NCBI GenBank assembly: GCA_020184695.1
Contig: JAANOX010000232.1
Location: forward strand, 222,093-286,092
Direction of reading: 5' to 3'
DNA: 64,000 bases
Origin: Histomonas meleagridis 2922-C6/04-290x
Lineage: Eukaryota; Protista; Parabasalia
The position numbers were made by a program, and so were the translations under genes. A model generated the notes under the pieces. That model saw only the letters and a list, made by a program, of their open reading frames with translations. It was not told where the DNA came from and did no database searches. Positions 19,052 through 29,028 of this stretch are shown one piece after another; the stretch's first letter is position 1, and each line of letters starts with the position of its first letter.

Positions 19052-19957
19052 TCACACTTCGTATCTATCAAGTTGTACTATTAGTGATTGAATCAAGTTA
19101 ACAAGATTTCTGTCTGGCTCTGCAAGTTGAACTTGATGCTCTGTCTCAATCTGAAACCATGGGTGTGATAGGATGTCGTTAGGGCATGGCCTGTCATTTG
19201 GATTCACTGTTAAGATCATTGATAATAAATCTTTTAATTCTTCACTCATCGTGTCGTCGTAAATAATATTACCACTGCAAATCTGTTCTGTTGTGGCACT
19301 CAATATTAGGTCTGGAGGGGTATTATCATCAATAATCCATGGTAAATGATTTGAAACCATCGAGTATAAACATATCCCAGCGCTCCAAATATCGACGCTA
19401 AAACCATCATACTGTTGTCCTGTGATGATTTCAGGAGCAGTGTAAACAAAAGTTCCGCACATAGTTGTATACAAATTACTGAGTGGTTTTCTCTTGCATA
19501 ACCCAAAATCAGCGAGCTTAGCACTTCCATCAGCAGCGATTAATATGTTTCTCAAGGTTATATCTCGATGTGCATAATTTTGATTATGAATGTATTCGAT
19601 TGCTTCCATGATCTGTCTGAAAAATACCATAGCTTGTTGTTCGCTTATCCCTCCTGTTGATCTTACAAGATTTTCGAGGGTACCTCCAGGGCATAATTCC
19701 AAAATTAAAAAAAGGTTTTGTCCGTCACATTGGATGTCATAAAAGCGCACGATTCCTGGGTGAACCATATGAGAGTTAGCTGTCAGCTCATTTTTAAAAT
19801 TTTCGTAGTTTTTGCTATCTTCTTTCACAGTTCGAATGTTAATAACTTTGCAAGCATAAACCATCCCAGTCATTCTATGACAACACTTCCAAACTTGCCC
19901 GAACGAACCTTGTCCAATGAGCTCGATGAGTTGATATGGCCCTATAAATCCATTCAT
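19052..19957 (-). CDS. CAMK-group Ser/Thr protein kinase with an atypical catalytic loop
   Basis: IGQGSFGQV, YACK, HRDITLRN, DFG, CGTFVYTAPE, DIWSAG. First ATG is at 19957; the track ORF starts at TTG 20029. Confidence 0.9.
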   Translation of the reverse strand: MNGFIGPYQLIELIGQGSFGQVWKCCHRMTGMVYACKVINIRTVKEDSKNYENFKNELTANSHMVHPGIVRFYDIQCDGQNLFLILELCPGGTLENLVRSTGGISEQQAMVFFRQIMEAIEYIHNQNYAHRDITLRNILIAADGSAKLADFGLCKRKPLSNLYTTMCGTFVYTAPEIITGQQYDGFSVDIWSAGICLYSMVSNHLPWIIDDNTPPDLILSATTEQICSGNIIYDDTMSEELKDLLSMILTVNPNDRPCPNDILSHPWFQIETEHQVQLAEPDRNLVNLIQSLIVQLDRYEV

Positions 19958-20351
19958 ATTCGGATTAACTGAATTATCTGACTTTGTTTCAATAAACAAG
20001 TTTCTGAGCGACGGTAATTGAATTGACAATTAACCGCCTGAGCAACTTTTGTGTTTTTTGCGCCACACTTACCGACTTCCTCTCAAAAAATTTTATTGTA
20101 AACGAAATTTTTGCAAGTAACAAACAGGAAAACAAATAAATTCATATGAAAAATACAATTATGAGATAAATTCAATTTGATATGCAAATAGATGGGAATC
20201 AATCATCATTTTTAAATTGGTATGAAATTAATTTATCATAAAAAATTTTAACATCCAAAAAATGAATTAATTTTCTAAACCCATAAAATGAAAACAAAAG
20301 ATAGATAAGGTTTTAGCTAGTCTATGTTTTATTCATTGAAAATAATTATCT

Positions 20352-21320
20352 TTAAAATATAGATCGAAGAAAAGATGTGAACAAACGATCGACCTTCCCG
20401 ATAAACTCAGAAAATACAAACTCTGATTTTGGTTCATTTTCTTCTATTTTACAATTTTCGAAAAGTTTGGAATGAAAGACAGGAACTTCATTCTTCTTTT
20501 GTGATTCATCATCAATGAAGTTTCTTTTAGGGTCATATCTTCCTTTGTAACAAACAACTGCATATCCAGAAATTATTTGAAATACTCGATTATCTAAATC
20601 GATGTTATTTTTCTCCTGATCAATGAAGCTGGAGTACTCAATAGAAATCCAGTTGCTATCTGAACGTGAAACTCTTGACAAATCACCAAATTTTGAAAAG
20701 AATTTGAGAGTTTCCTCGTAATACAAATCTTGGACACCAAATATTGTGTACCATCTGCTTGAGATGACAAGGTTAAATTGTAATACAGAGTAAGGATCTG
20801 ATTTCGAAAATGAAATAAGTGCTGATCTGATATCAGAAACAAAATGTACTGTAGGCTTCTGAATTGTTGAAGCATACTTGCCCTTGTGAAAAAGTAATGT
20901 TGTCCCTCGTTTTTTGATCTCATCGTCAGAATTTAATATCAGCTGATTTTCAGGAGAAAGAGACATAAATTTAACAGATATCCATTTTTCAAATGACGTT
21001 AGACATTTAGATATTTCACCATATTGTAAACAATGATTATATGCTTCTATTATTGAGAATGAAGAACTATCTGAAATCCATGTTAAAGTAAACCATTCAC
21101 CAGACTTTGATTTTGAAATTTCCTTTTGTTTTCCATATAGGCTATGTTCTGGATATGTTCCAATATAATCATATCCGTATTTTCCAAAAACTCGAGGTTC
21201 AGGAAGTGTTCTCAAATTACCACTGTGTGAAGAAGAAACAAGTTGCACTTCAACTGATTCGTAATCTCTAAAAAGTCTAGTCTTAATGAATTCGGTGTTT
21301 TCTGTTTCTTTAGAGACCAT
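20352..21320 (-). CDS. Putative Nup35/Nup53-type RRM (MPPN) protein with two RRM-like domains
   Basis: WYTIFGV...FSKFGDL...SNWISIEYSS resembles the Nup35 RRM (WVTVFGF...FAQYGNI...NWMHIRYQS). A second copy is WFTLTW...LQYGEI...KWISVKF. First in-frame ATG is 21320; the track starts at TTG 21377. Confidence 0.55.
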   Translation of the reverse strand: MVSKETENTEFIKTRLFRDYESVEVQLVSSSHSGNLRTLPEPRVFGKYGYDYIGTYPEHSLYGKQKEISKSKSGEWFTLTWISDSSSFSIIEAYNHCLQYGEISKCLTSFEKWISVKFMSLSPENQLILNSDDEIKKRGTTLLFHKGKYASTIQKPTVHFVSDIRSALISFSKSDPYSVLQFNLVISSRWYTIFGVQDLYYEETLKFFSKFGDLSRVSRSDSNWISIEYSSFIDQEKNNIDLDNRVFQIISGYAVVCYKGRYDPKRNFIDDESQKKNEVPVFHSKLFENCKIEENEPKSEFVFSEFIGKVDRLFTSFLRSIF

Positions 21321-21593
21321 TGGGCAGTTTACCCTTTTGGGCAAAATTAACGTACTTTCTTCTGTTCTTATTTTCAATATATAAATGGCCGATTAATTTG
21401 CTCATGTTTTTCCTTTTTCATTTATTAGAATAAAGCCAAAGTCTATGGTAATGGCTTCATCATCTTTTAATAAAAAGTTTAAACTTCAAATCATTAAATC
21501 AAATATGTAATCAGATTTCATTAGAAAACTTTTTAATGATTTCACACGAAACCAAAAAAACAAAAATTTCTTAATTTGATTCTTTAATGGAGT

Positions 21594-22826
21594 TCACATT
21601 GGTTGACAGCTTCCTTGATGTTGATATCCATCATCTTCGCCGTATGCCTCATGTCTTTGGCTTCTGCTTGACTTAGCATTTTCGAATTGTTTGATGTCTG
21701 AATCTTTCATCTTAACAACGAATACGTTTTCATCCTTCATATTAATTCCAGCTGTCTCATCTGGCACTGGCAAAGCTTTCATGAGTGCGCTTCTAAGCTC
21801 TGGTGTTATTTGATTTGGCTTTGGAAATTCGACTTCGAACTTGATGAAAAGTCGACCTTTCTCAAATTGATTGCCACGGATTGGCATACCTTCGCGGTCT
21901 ATAACCTTGACGGAATCTGGGATAATGATCTGTCCAGGAGTTGTTTCGACAATGACTTTACGACCATCTAAATGATTAATGACAAATTTAGCTCCAAGCA
22001 AAGCTTCACTAAGAGTGATTCTCTTAAGGGCAAGGAGATCGTCGTGGTTTCTAACGAATGTCTGATGTTGCTTTTGCTTAAGCTTAATGATAAGATCACC
22101 AGTATCAGCGCCTGGGGCTTCATCAGAACAACCTTGGAAGACGATGCGTTCACCATTCTCCATTCCTGGTTCGATATGAACGGTAACTTTCTTGGCTTCT
22201 TGTGTGATCTTCTTACCTTTACATGCGGTGCAACGATCTTTAGGATCAATGCTTTCACCTGTTCCATGACATGTTGGACATGGTGCAATTTGTTGTGAGA
22301 CCATAAAGCCCATTCTGGTAACTTGAACTTTTTGTCCTTTACCATCACAATCTGCACACTTCTTGGGTGACTTACCTTCAGCACAACCAGAGCCATTACA
22401 TTTCTTACAAAGAACATCACGATTGATCTTAAGAGTTACTTCACGACCATTATAAAGATCTTCGAGTGAAACACTAATAGTGTGTTCAATATCTTGTGTC
22501 CTAGCTTTACGTTTAGAGCGTCCACCTCCCATACCAAAGTTTCCAAAGCCAAAAAGATGTGAAAGAATGTCATCCATTCCACTACCGCCGGCTCCTTCAC
22601 GAAGACCTTCAGCGCCATATTGATCATATATTTGACGCTTTTGAGGATCTTTTAAGATATCATAAGCTTCGTTAACTTGCTGGAACTTTTCGGTTGCATT
22701 TGGGTCATCTCGATTACGATCGGGGTGAAGTTGCATTGCCTTTTTTTTATATGCCCTTCTGAGGTCAGCTTCGCTTGCATCTGGTGAAACACCAAGTAAA
22801 TCATAAAGCTTCGTGTCGACAACCAT
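21594..22826 (-). CDS. DNAJA: Type I DnaJ/Hsp40 chaperone (DNAJA/Ydj1-like)
   Basis: MVVDTKLYDLLGV, HPD motif, G/F region, four CxxCxGxG-type zinc motifs, C-terminal CaaX-like CQPM. Start set at ATG 22826. Confidence 0.96.
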   Translation of the reverse strand: MVVDTKLYDLLGVSPDASEADLRRAYKKKAMQLHPDRNRDDPNATEKFQQVNEAYDILKDPQKRQIYDQYGAEGLREGAGGSGMDDILSHLFGFGNFGMGGGRSKRKARTQDIEHTISVSLEDLYNGREVTLKINRDVLCKKCNGSGCAEGKSPKKCADCDGKGQKVQVTRMGFMVSQQIAPCPTCHGTGESIDPKDRCTACKGKKITQEAKKVTVHIEPGMENGERIVFQGCSDEAPGADTGDLIIKLKQKQHQTFVRNHDDLLALKRITLSEALLGAKFVINHLDGRKVIVETTPGQIIIPDSVKVIDREGMPIRGNQFEKGRLFIKFEVEFPKPNQITPELRSALMKALPVPDETAGINMKDENVFVVKMKDSDIKQFENAKSSRSQRHEAYGEDDGYQHQGSCQPM

Positions 22827-22964
22827 CCTTAAAAATAAAGGCTTTGGCGGTTGTATACAATTTAAGTGGCCAAACAACCATAATTGGGGTGCCCCAAGAA
22901 AATTTGGCATTTCCATACAAAATCTGGGGTGCCCTAAGAATTCCATGTTTTTCATTTCATTTAA
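22827..22964. promoter_or_regulatory. 138-bp bidirectional promoter between DnaJ and YJU2
   Basis: Divergent ATGs at 22826 and 22965. Inr-like TCATTTCATTT at 22952, CCTTT (minus strand) at 22837-22841, and the direct repeat TGGGGTGCCCYAAGAA at 22885 and 22925. Confidence 0.65.
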
Positions 22965-23651
22965 ATGGGTGAAAGAAAGCCTGCATGCCATTATATTCCA
23001 CCAGACTTCGACCCAAAGCGTCCCGCAAGAAGATGTAAACCTCAAAATGGTCAGCATCAAGTTCGTTTCATGTTACCAATGTCACTTCAATGTAAAAATT
23101 GCGGAGATTACATGTTTTTAGGTACAAAAGTTAATTGTAGAAAAGAACTTTGTTATGATGAGTTTTATTTGGGTATTAACGTTTATAGGATTTATATGCA
23201 CTGTAAATCTTGTTATGCGGAAATTACTTTGAAAACTGATCCTAAAAATTGCGATTATATAGTTGAGCAAGGTGCAACAAGACACTTTGAACCTTGGAGA
23301 GATTTTTATATTCAACAAGCTATGGATGAAAAAACTAAAATGCTTGGAAACAAAATTCAACAAGTAGAAGAAAGTACAGTTGATACTCAAAGAGAAATGG
23401 ATCAGTTAAGAGAATTAGAAAGATTAAGAGCCGTTAGCAATAAGCAAAATAAAACAAATATAGAAAAAATTATCGCAAAAGAAGAGAAACAAGACGTGTT
23501 AACAGATGAAGACAAGAAAAAAATCGAAAACTTCGAAGAAGATCAAAAGAAATTAAGAAAAGAAAGGCCGACCATTGGATTATTTGGAAGAAGTAGATTT
23601 GGTGGTAATAGTGGCGGCTTTTTCAAGTTTGGCACTGATCCTGAAATATGA
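22965..23651 (+). CDS. YJU2: Splicing factor YJU2/CWC16/CCDC94
   Basis: MGERK...HYIPPDFDP, VRFMLPMSLQCKNCG, YLGINVYRIYMHCKSC, TDPKNCDY...GATR. Confidence 0.93.
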   Translation: MGERKPACHYIPPDFDPKRPARRCKPQNGQHQVRFMLPMSLQCKNCGDYMFLGTKVNCRKELCYDEFYLGINVYRIYMHCKSCYAEITLKTDPKNCDYIVEQGATRHFEPWRDFYIQQAMDEKTKMLGNKIQQVEESTVDTQREMDQLRELERLRAVSNKQNKTNIEKIIAKEEKQDVLTDEDKKKIENFEEDQKKLRKERPTIGLFGRSRFGGNSGGFFKFGTDPEI

Positions 23652-23836
23652 ATAAAAGGTAATTTGTAAATATGAATTAATCAATCATTTTTAAAAAATT
23701 TTAATATTCTAAAAAATAAAAAAGCGTATGTCTATCCTTTAGTTTTTTGGGTCCATTTCCTTTTTCAGTAATATTACTGAAGATAATCTGAAAATTAAAA
23801 AAATGCTTTTTTGACTGCGTTTGTTCGAATAGAAAA

Positions 23837-26224
23837 ATGGAAGAAAAACAAACTTTTCCTCACCAACATCTTTTTCCAAATATTACTGAAGAACAAAAAC
23901 AAACATTGATTGATTATATTCCAGATGTGTTTTATGAGAATGATAAAGATTTTGATCCTATTGATTTTTCTTTATCTCTTTTACCTGATGCCGACAATCC
24001 TGACTTTAATAAAGAACTTGACAAGCTTTCCAATGGACAAATGGATTCTCTTGATATTGTTTCTCGAAATCTTAACCAAAATGTACTTGAAAATTATACC
24101 GAAGTTATTCGAGCAATGACACTTATCTCAGATCTTAATAATCATCTTAATGTTAGTGCCCAAAATATTTCACAAGCACGACAAATTCTTAGTAATACTG
24201 ATAGAGAAATATGCGAACATCCTGACAAATTCTTTCGGCAGGTTACCAAACAACAGAACCTTGACAAGGTACTTGGGTTACTTAATGAAATCCAAACCAT
24301 TTCTAAAGGATATGAAGATCTCTCCGAAGCACATAAAAATCATGATTATGTCACAGCATTAGAATTATGTTCCAAACCATCAGACCTCAACAGCAACATT
24401 CGACAACTTAATTGTATATCCGGTTTAGTTTCTAATCTACAAAATATGAAAGAAAAAGTTGTCTCAATTATGGATGACTCATTACGAGAACAAATTGTAC
24501 GCTTCGAACGCGATGTTTACCGAAACTTATTACGTGCGTATGAATCATTAGGCAAACTCCAAGTTGTACCCATTAAATTACAAGAAGCGTTTGTCACAAA
24601 GCTTACGACAGAAAATGATTCATTGGTCAATAATAATGCTGACTTCAAAACGTTGGCACGTTACAAACAGTTATTGCAACGTGTTATAGATAACAATTAT
24701 TCTATTCTTAACACTCATTTACAAATCATTAATTGGCATCGATCAACCAATGAATTTGAAAGTATTCGAAAGCCAATTGAAGATATTGCGAAAATTTTAT
24801 GGGATTCGGCTGAAAATTATGTAACAAATATCATAATTAAAGCACCTGCTGATAAACTTGGGTTTGAAGAATTCGATCGAATGTTAAAACTTACGTCATC
24901 ATTTATCCAATTTGGTTCAACAGTTGTTGATTTACCAGGTCAACAACTAACAAACGCCGTTAACAATCTGACAAATAAATATTTCAAATTATTCCAGAAA
25001 AGTGCTCTCGAAACTGCACACGAAAATATCGAGAACGATACGTGGAATTCAATACCTTCGACAAACGAATTAGAACGATCAATATTAACGTTGTCCATAC
25101 CTATCAAGGAATCAAATGATTCTAATGATGTCGCTAATATTACAATACCTTCAGCATTCCCTATCGACTTACAAAAGATGACAATTTCATGTTCAGCAAT
25201 TATTAAATTATTACATCAATATTTATCAATGATGAAACTTGTTCCGACACTCGCGACGGATTGCTTTAAAGGAATGAAAGAACTAATCGAGTATTATTCA
25301 TTTTCACTTTTATATATTGTCACAAAGAATTTGAATTTGAAACCATTTGATATCAATAATAACCAAATTAACATATTTAACCATAACTTAATCCTAATGA
25401 AAATCGAAGAATCGCAATGTTTAATACGTATAATTCAACATATTCAAGAATCGCAAATTAAATTACCATTAAATCTAACAAATAGTATTAACAACTTTGA
25501 CAACAATATTAAGTTTATCAATGACATAGTATCAATATCTTCCGATATTAAGATCATTGGTTGGTATTTATTATCTATTCGAACAATTTTCGAAGAATCT
25601 TTGCCAGAAAACTCGCTTGGACAGTTGCGTAGGTTCTTCAATGATGTTGTTAATATCTTTTTAATGCATTTTCCTTCATTTTGTTTCCAATATATTACAC
25701 CAAATTTGGTACATTTAGGTGAATTTGAACAACAAGTCAAACTTGTCAAATGGAATATTAATGAGGCTCAAGTTGAACCTCATTATTTCACTAACGTTTG
25801 GAAGGAAGCTGCTAAAAACATTAATGTAATTATTAACAAGTTGGAATCGATTGATCAAGAATATAAAGATGAATTATGGAAAGGGTTTTGGTGTTATAGT
25901 AACTTCATTTTAATCAATGGATACTCAGTCCAAAAATGTACAGCAGAAGGAAGAACTTCAATGCTATCGGACTTCAGAAATATGTCACACGATTTGATTG
26001 AATTCACAAACAAAAGAATTCAATTCGACACAAATTGGGTGGCATCGTTTGTGCAGTCATTTTTCTTGGGGGTACCCGAATTCAAAAAGTGGGCAAGTGA
26101 AAATTACAAGAGATACACATGTAACAATATTATGGCGGTAGTGGAAACAGGTTTGTCTGATGATATAAACAGACAAGCAAAGAAGGAGTTAAGACTGTTC
26201 GTACAGGAGTTGTATAACTCATAA
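23837..26224 (+). CDS. VPS50: Syndetin/VPS50 (EARP complex subunit)
   Basis: Vps54_N-like N-terminus (LDIVSRNLNQNVLENY). C-terminal LINGYSVQKCTAEGRTSMLSDF matches syndetin-C (LVEGY..VKKCSNEGRALMQLDF). Confidence 0.8.
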   Translation: MEEKQTFPHQHLFPNITEEQKQTLIDYIPDVFYENDKDFDPIDFSLSLLPDADNPDFNKELDKLSNGQMDSLDIVSRNLNQNVLENYTEVIRAMTLISDLNNHLNVSAQNISQARQILSNTDREICEHPDKFFRQVTKQQNLDKVLGLLNEIQTISKGYEDLSEAHKNHDYVTALELCSKPSDLNSNIRQLNCISGLVSNLQNMKEKVVSIMDDSLREQIVRFERDVYRNLLRAYESLGKLQVVPIKLQEAFVTKLTTENDSLVNNNADFKTLARYKQLLQRVIDNNYSILNTHLQIINWHRSTNEFESIRKPIEDIAKILWDSAENYVTNIIIKAPADKLGFEEFDRMLKLTSSFIQFGSTVVDLPGQQLTNAVNNLTNKYFKLFQKSALETAHENIENDTWNSIPSTNELERSILTLSIPIKESNDSNDVANITIPSAFPIDLQKMTISCSAIIKLLHQYLSMMKLVPTLATDCFKGMKELIEYYSFSLLYIVTKNLNLKPFDINNNQINIFNHNLILMKIEESQCLIRIIQHIQESQIKLPLNLTNSINNFDNNIKFINDIVSISSDIKIIGWYLLSIRTIFEESLPENSLGQLRRFFNDVVNIFLMHFPSFCFQYITPNLVHLGEFEQQVKLVKWNINEAQVEPHYFTNVWKEAAKNINVIINKLESIDQEYKDELWKGFWCYSNFILINGYSVQKCTAEGRTSMLSDFRNMSHDLIEFTNKRIQFDTNWVASFVQSFFLGVPEFKKWASENYKRYTCNNIMAVVETGLSDDINRQAKKELRLFVQELYNS

Positions 26225-26440
26225 GTAAAATTAATTTGAAATTTTATTGATTTTATTAGTAACCGGCGATGTCTTCTAAGTTTGGAGTTTTTGTCAGTAG
26301 TCTAATTGCAATTATTTTTTTTTCTATGAAATAATCTATTTATTAAATCATACAAAAAAAAAGTATATCGAAGAACAATTGCATAATCCAAAAATATCTC
26401 ATAAAGCACTATAATAAGCTAAATTATTTTAAAATATTTT

Positions 26441-27340
26441 ATGTTATCAGTGAAGAAAAAAATGAAGTTAATATTAAACAAAGCTTGTCAATTCGGGGAT
26501 AAGAACGGAATGAAACAAAATCTTCACTTCGTTCATGTGAACACTACAGCTCGGGAATATGTAAAACAGCGTTACCAAGATCCAGATGTTGATAAGCAAT
26601 TAATTACTTCAAATAATTATGTTCTAAATGATTGGATTTTCAAAGAAGAAACCCGTTGTTCAATAAAATACACAATGAATGTAAAGTGGAGTGAACCAGT
26701 ACAACAAGTTTTGAGTAAAAGCGAAGTAACTGTTAGTGAAAAACGAAACTTTGATTTTGATTCAAATCCCATTAAAATATCATCCACCATATCAACAAAT
26801 TTCAAGTATCTCAAAGCCACTATTATCCGTACTCTGACTGATTCTAACAACAATTGTACTGAAGATATTTCAATTAATATTATTTATTCTGGCGATTGTT
26901 ATAAGAAGGAAATAGAAAGAAGCTTCTTCCTTGCATTGCAGCCATTAATTATCACAGAAGCAAAGGCGCCTTTATTTGCTGACAATGCATCATTAGAACA
27001 TTTTCAAATATATCATAACCTTCATGATGAACTTGAACAGCTTAAAAACCTTTCTTCCTCATTTAATAACATCATAGAACAGACCAAGATTGACCGGAAG
27101 CCTTTGGTTGTTCCGAGCGCTGATCAAATTTCACAAATCATAAACATTGTTAGTTACGAAAAATTTTCGATTCAGGACGAAATAGATCAAATGAGGGCAG
27201 AAACAGATAGAATGAACAGAATTGTTGGGTCAATTAAAAAGGCAAGACAGCAAACAATTGGATCGAGTTCCCTTCCTATTTTTATAATGGCATCATGCGC
27301 TGCATTGATTGCTATTGTGATTTCGAGATCAAAAAAATAA
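26441..27340 (+). CDS. Hypothetical tail-anchored protein (globular domain, coiled coil, C-terminal TM)
   Basis: 299-aa ORF ending LPIFIMASCAALIAIVISRSKK. The start may be ATG 26510. Confidence 0.65.
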   Translation: MLSVKKKMKLILNKACQFGDKNGMKQNLHFVHVNTTAREYVKQRYQDPDVDKQLITSNNYVLNDWIFKEETRCSIKYTMNVKWSEPVQQVLSKSEVTVSEKRNFDFDSNPIKISSTISTNFKYLKATIIRTLTDSNNNCTEDISINIIYSGDCYKKEIERSFFLALQPLIITEAKAPLFADNASLEHFQIYHNLHDELEQLKNLSSSFNNIIEQTKIDRKPLVVPSADQISQIINIVSYEKFSIQDEIDQMRAETDRMNRIVGSIKKARQQTIGSSSLPIFIMASCAALIAIVISRSKK

Positions 27341-27616
27341 ATATTCTGAGTGTTTGGATAAATAATTTTTTATTTATTTTCTTTGTTAATGATGAAATAG
27401 CTGAAAGTTCAATAAAAAGTCGTTCTATCAATAACTAATTCATGATTTTAGAAAAATAATGTTTGAATGAATGTTACACCAGATTGTAAATGTATTTGAT
27501 TTTGTAATTGCAATACTTTGAGAAAATGTATCGGATCCGATAAATGCATTTGATTGAGTGAATGCATTTGAATTATAAAATGCTCACTACTTTTTGCACA
27601 CTGTATAAAGACAGAA

Positions 27617-28475
27617 ATGAGAAAATATAATAGAACTACAATTGTTAATTTTACAGAAGAAGAACATGGAGATATAATTTATCAAAAATTAGAGCAATAT
27701 TATCTTTCTTATCAAACAGGAATAATAACATTTAATTTATCCTTGACTCCACAATATGTTGAAGAATTTGTCAAGATTACTACAGATGCAAGTGATTTTT
27801 GGAGACAATACTTTTCAAAAAAGATCCAAGAAGTGCTAGATTGCCTCAAAGAAAACTATGATATGTTTTGGTCTTATGTTAATATAAATCATCAACATTT
27901 ATCAGCATCAGGAATTTCTATTTCTTGGAGTCCACCTTGGCATTCATATAATCCACAAAGTACTTATCAACTTATTGCCATATATCATGATGCAGGTAAG
28001 GAAAATGCAAAACAAGAAACAGAAGTTCGTGAGTTTGTTGATAAGCTGTTTTCCCCAGAGGGTTCATTATATGAATACCGGAAAGAAAATGATTGTGTTG
28101 GATATTATATTTTAAGTGATGTTGAACTTGATAATGAATAAATTATTCATTTTGATAAAGAATTAAAAAAATCGAATAAAATCAAAGAAATAGAAAACGA
28201 AATTTTTTTGAATGAATCAATATAACGACCAATTAAACCAAGCAAAGACACCGGAAGAAATTGAAGATATTTTGGCTAATGCACAGAATGAAAATAATAA
28301 TAATGCTGAAGATGATAATAAAGGTAATAATGATGACAATAAGGCTATGATAATTGGAGTGTCTGTTGCTGTCGGTGTTGTTGTTGTTGCAGCTGTTGTT
28401 GTGGGCGTAGTTGTGATAATTCGTAGAAGACGTAATTCTCAAAATGTGTGTAATAAGTTAATGGAATCTCAATAA
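27617..28475 (+). CDS. Hypothetical single-pass membrane protein split into two ORFs (27617-28141, 28212-28475)
   Basis: The second ORF has an N/D-rich linker, TM AMIIGVSVAVGVVVVAAVVVGVVVII and RRRR. The two ORFs are 70 nt apart and out of frame, so this is either a disrupted gene or two small genes. Confidence 0.45.
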
Positions 28476-29028
28476 AATTGTTAGAATTTTCTTTTTCGTT
28501 TGTTATGTACTCACTGTTCATCGCGAAGACGAAACAACGATTAACACGTCTCAATAAAATATTTGGTTATTGTAATATGATTCAAACTTATGAATAAGAT
28601 TGGAATACAATTATAATGTAATTTTATATAAAACAGGAGTAAACTGTTTCCAAAAAGTCAGCAGCACTTTTCGATCGGTTTTAATAGAATCACGTTCAAA
28701 AAGTGATGCCGATAATGCCTATTTTTTTTTCGCAGACAAAACTAACAATAGTAACTATCCCCGTTGGAATGACGATAAAACTTTTTGTAATACAATTCAC
28801 TCGAAACCGATCATTTATTTGTCCGACTTGCGCAAACGCAGAAAATAAAGTTCAATAATGTATTGAAACAACATAAAAACCGTAAAATTTCATTTGTATG
28901 AAAAAGTGATTATTTTAAAATAAAAACCGGTTTTTCAAGAGGTGAAAATCATTTTACAAACGACGCAAAAAAGACCAACAGCAATATGAGAAAATTATTT
29001 TAGTTAACCAATGAAAATTAGACCTGTT

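Noticed and set aside
22827-23060. 78-aa N-terminal extension of DnaJ in the ORF track
   Set aside because: It overlaps the promoter and the antisense of YJU2; J-domain homology starts at MVVDTKLY (22826).
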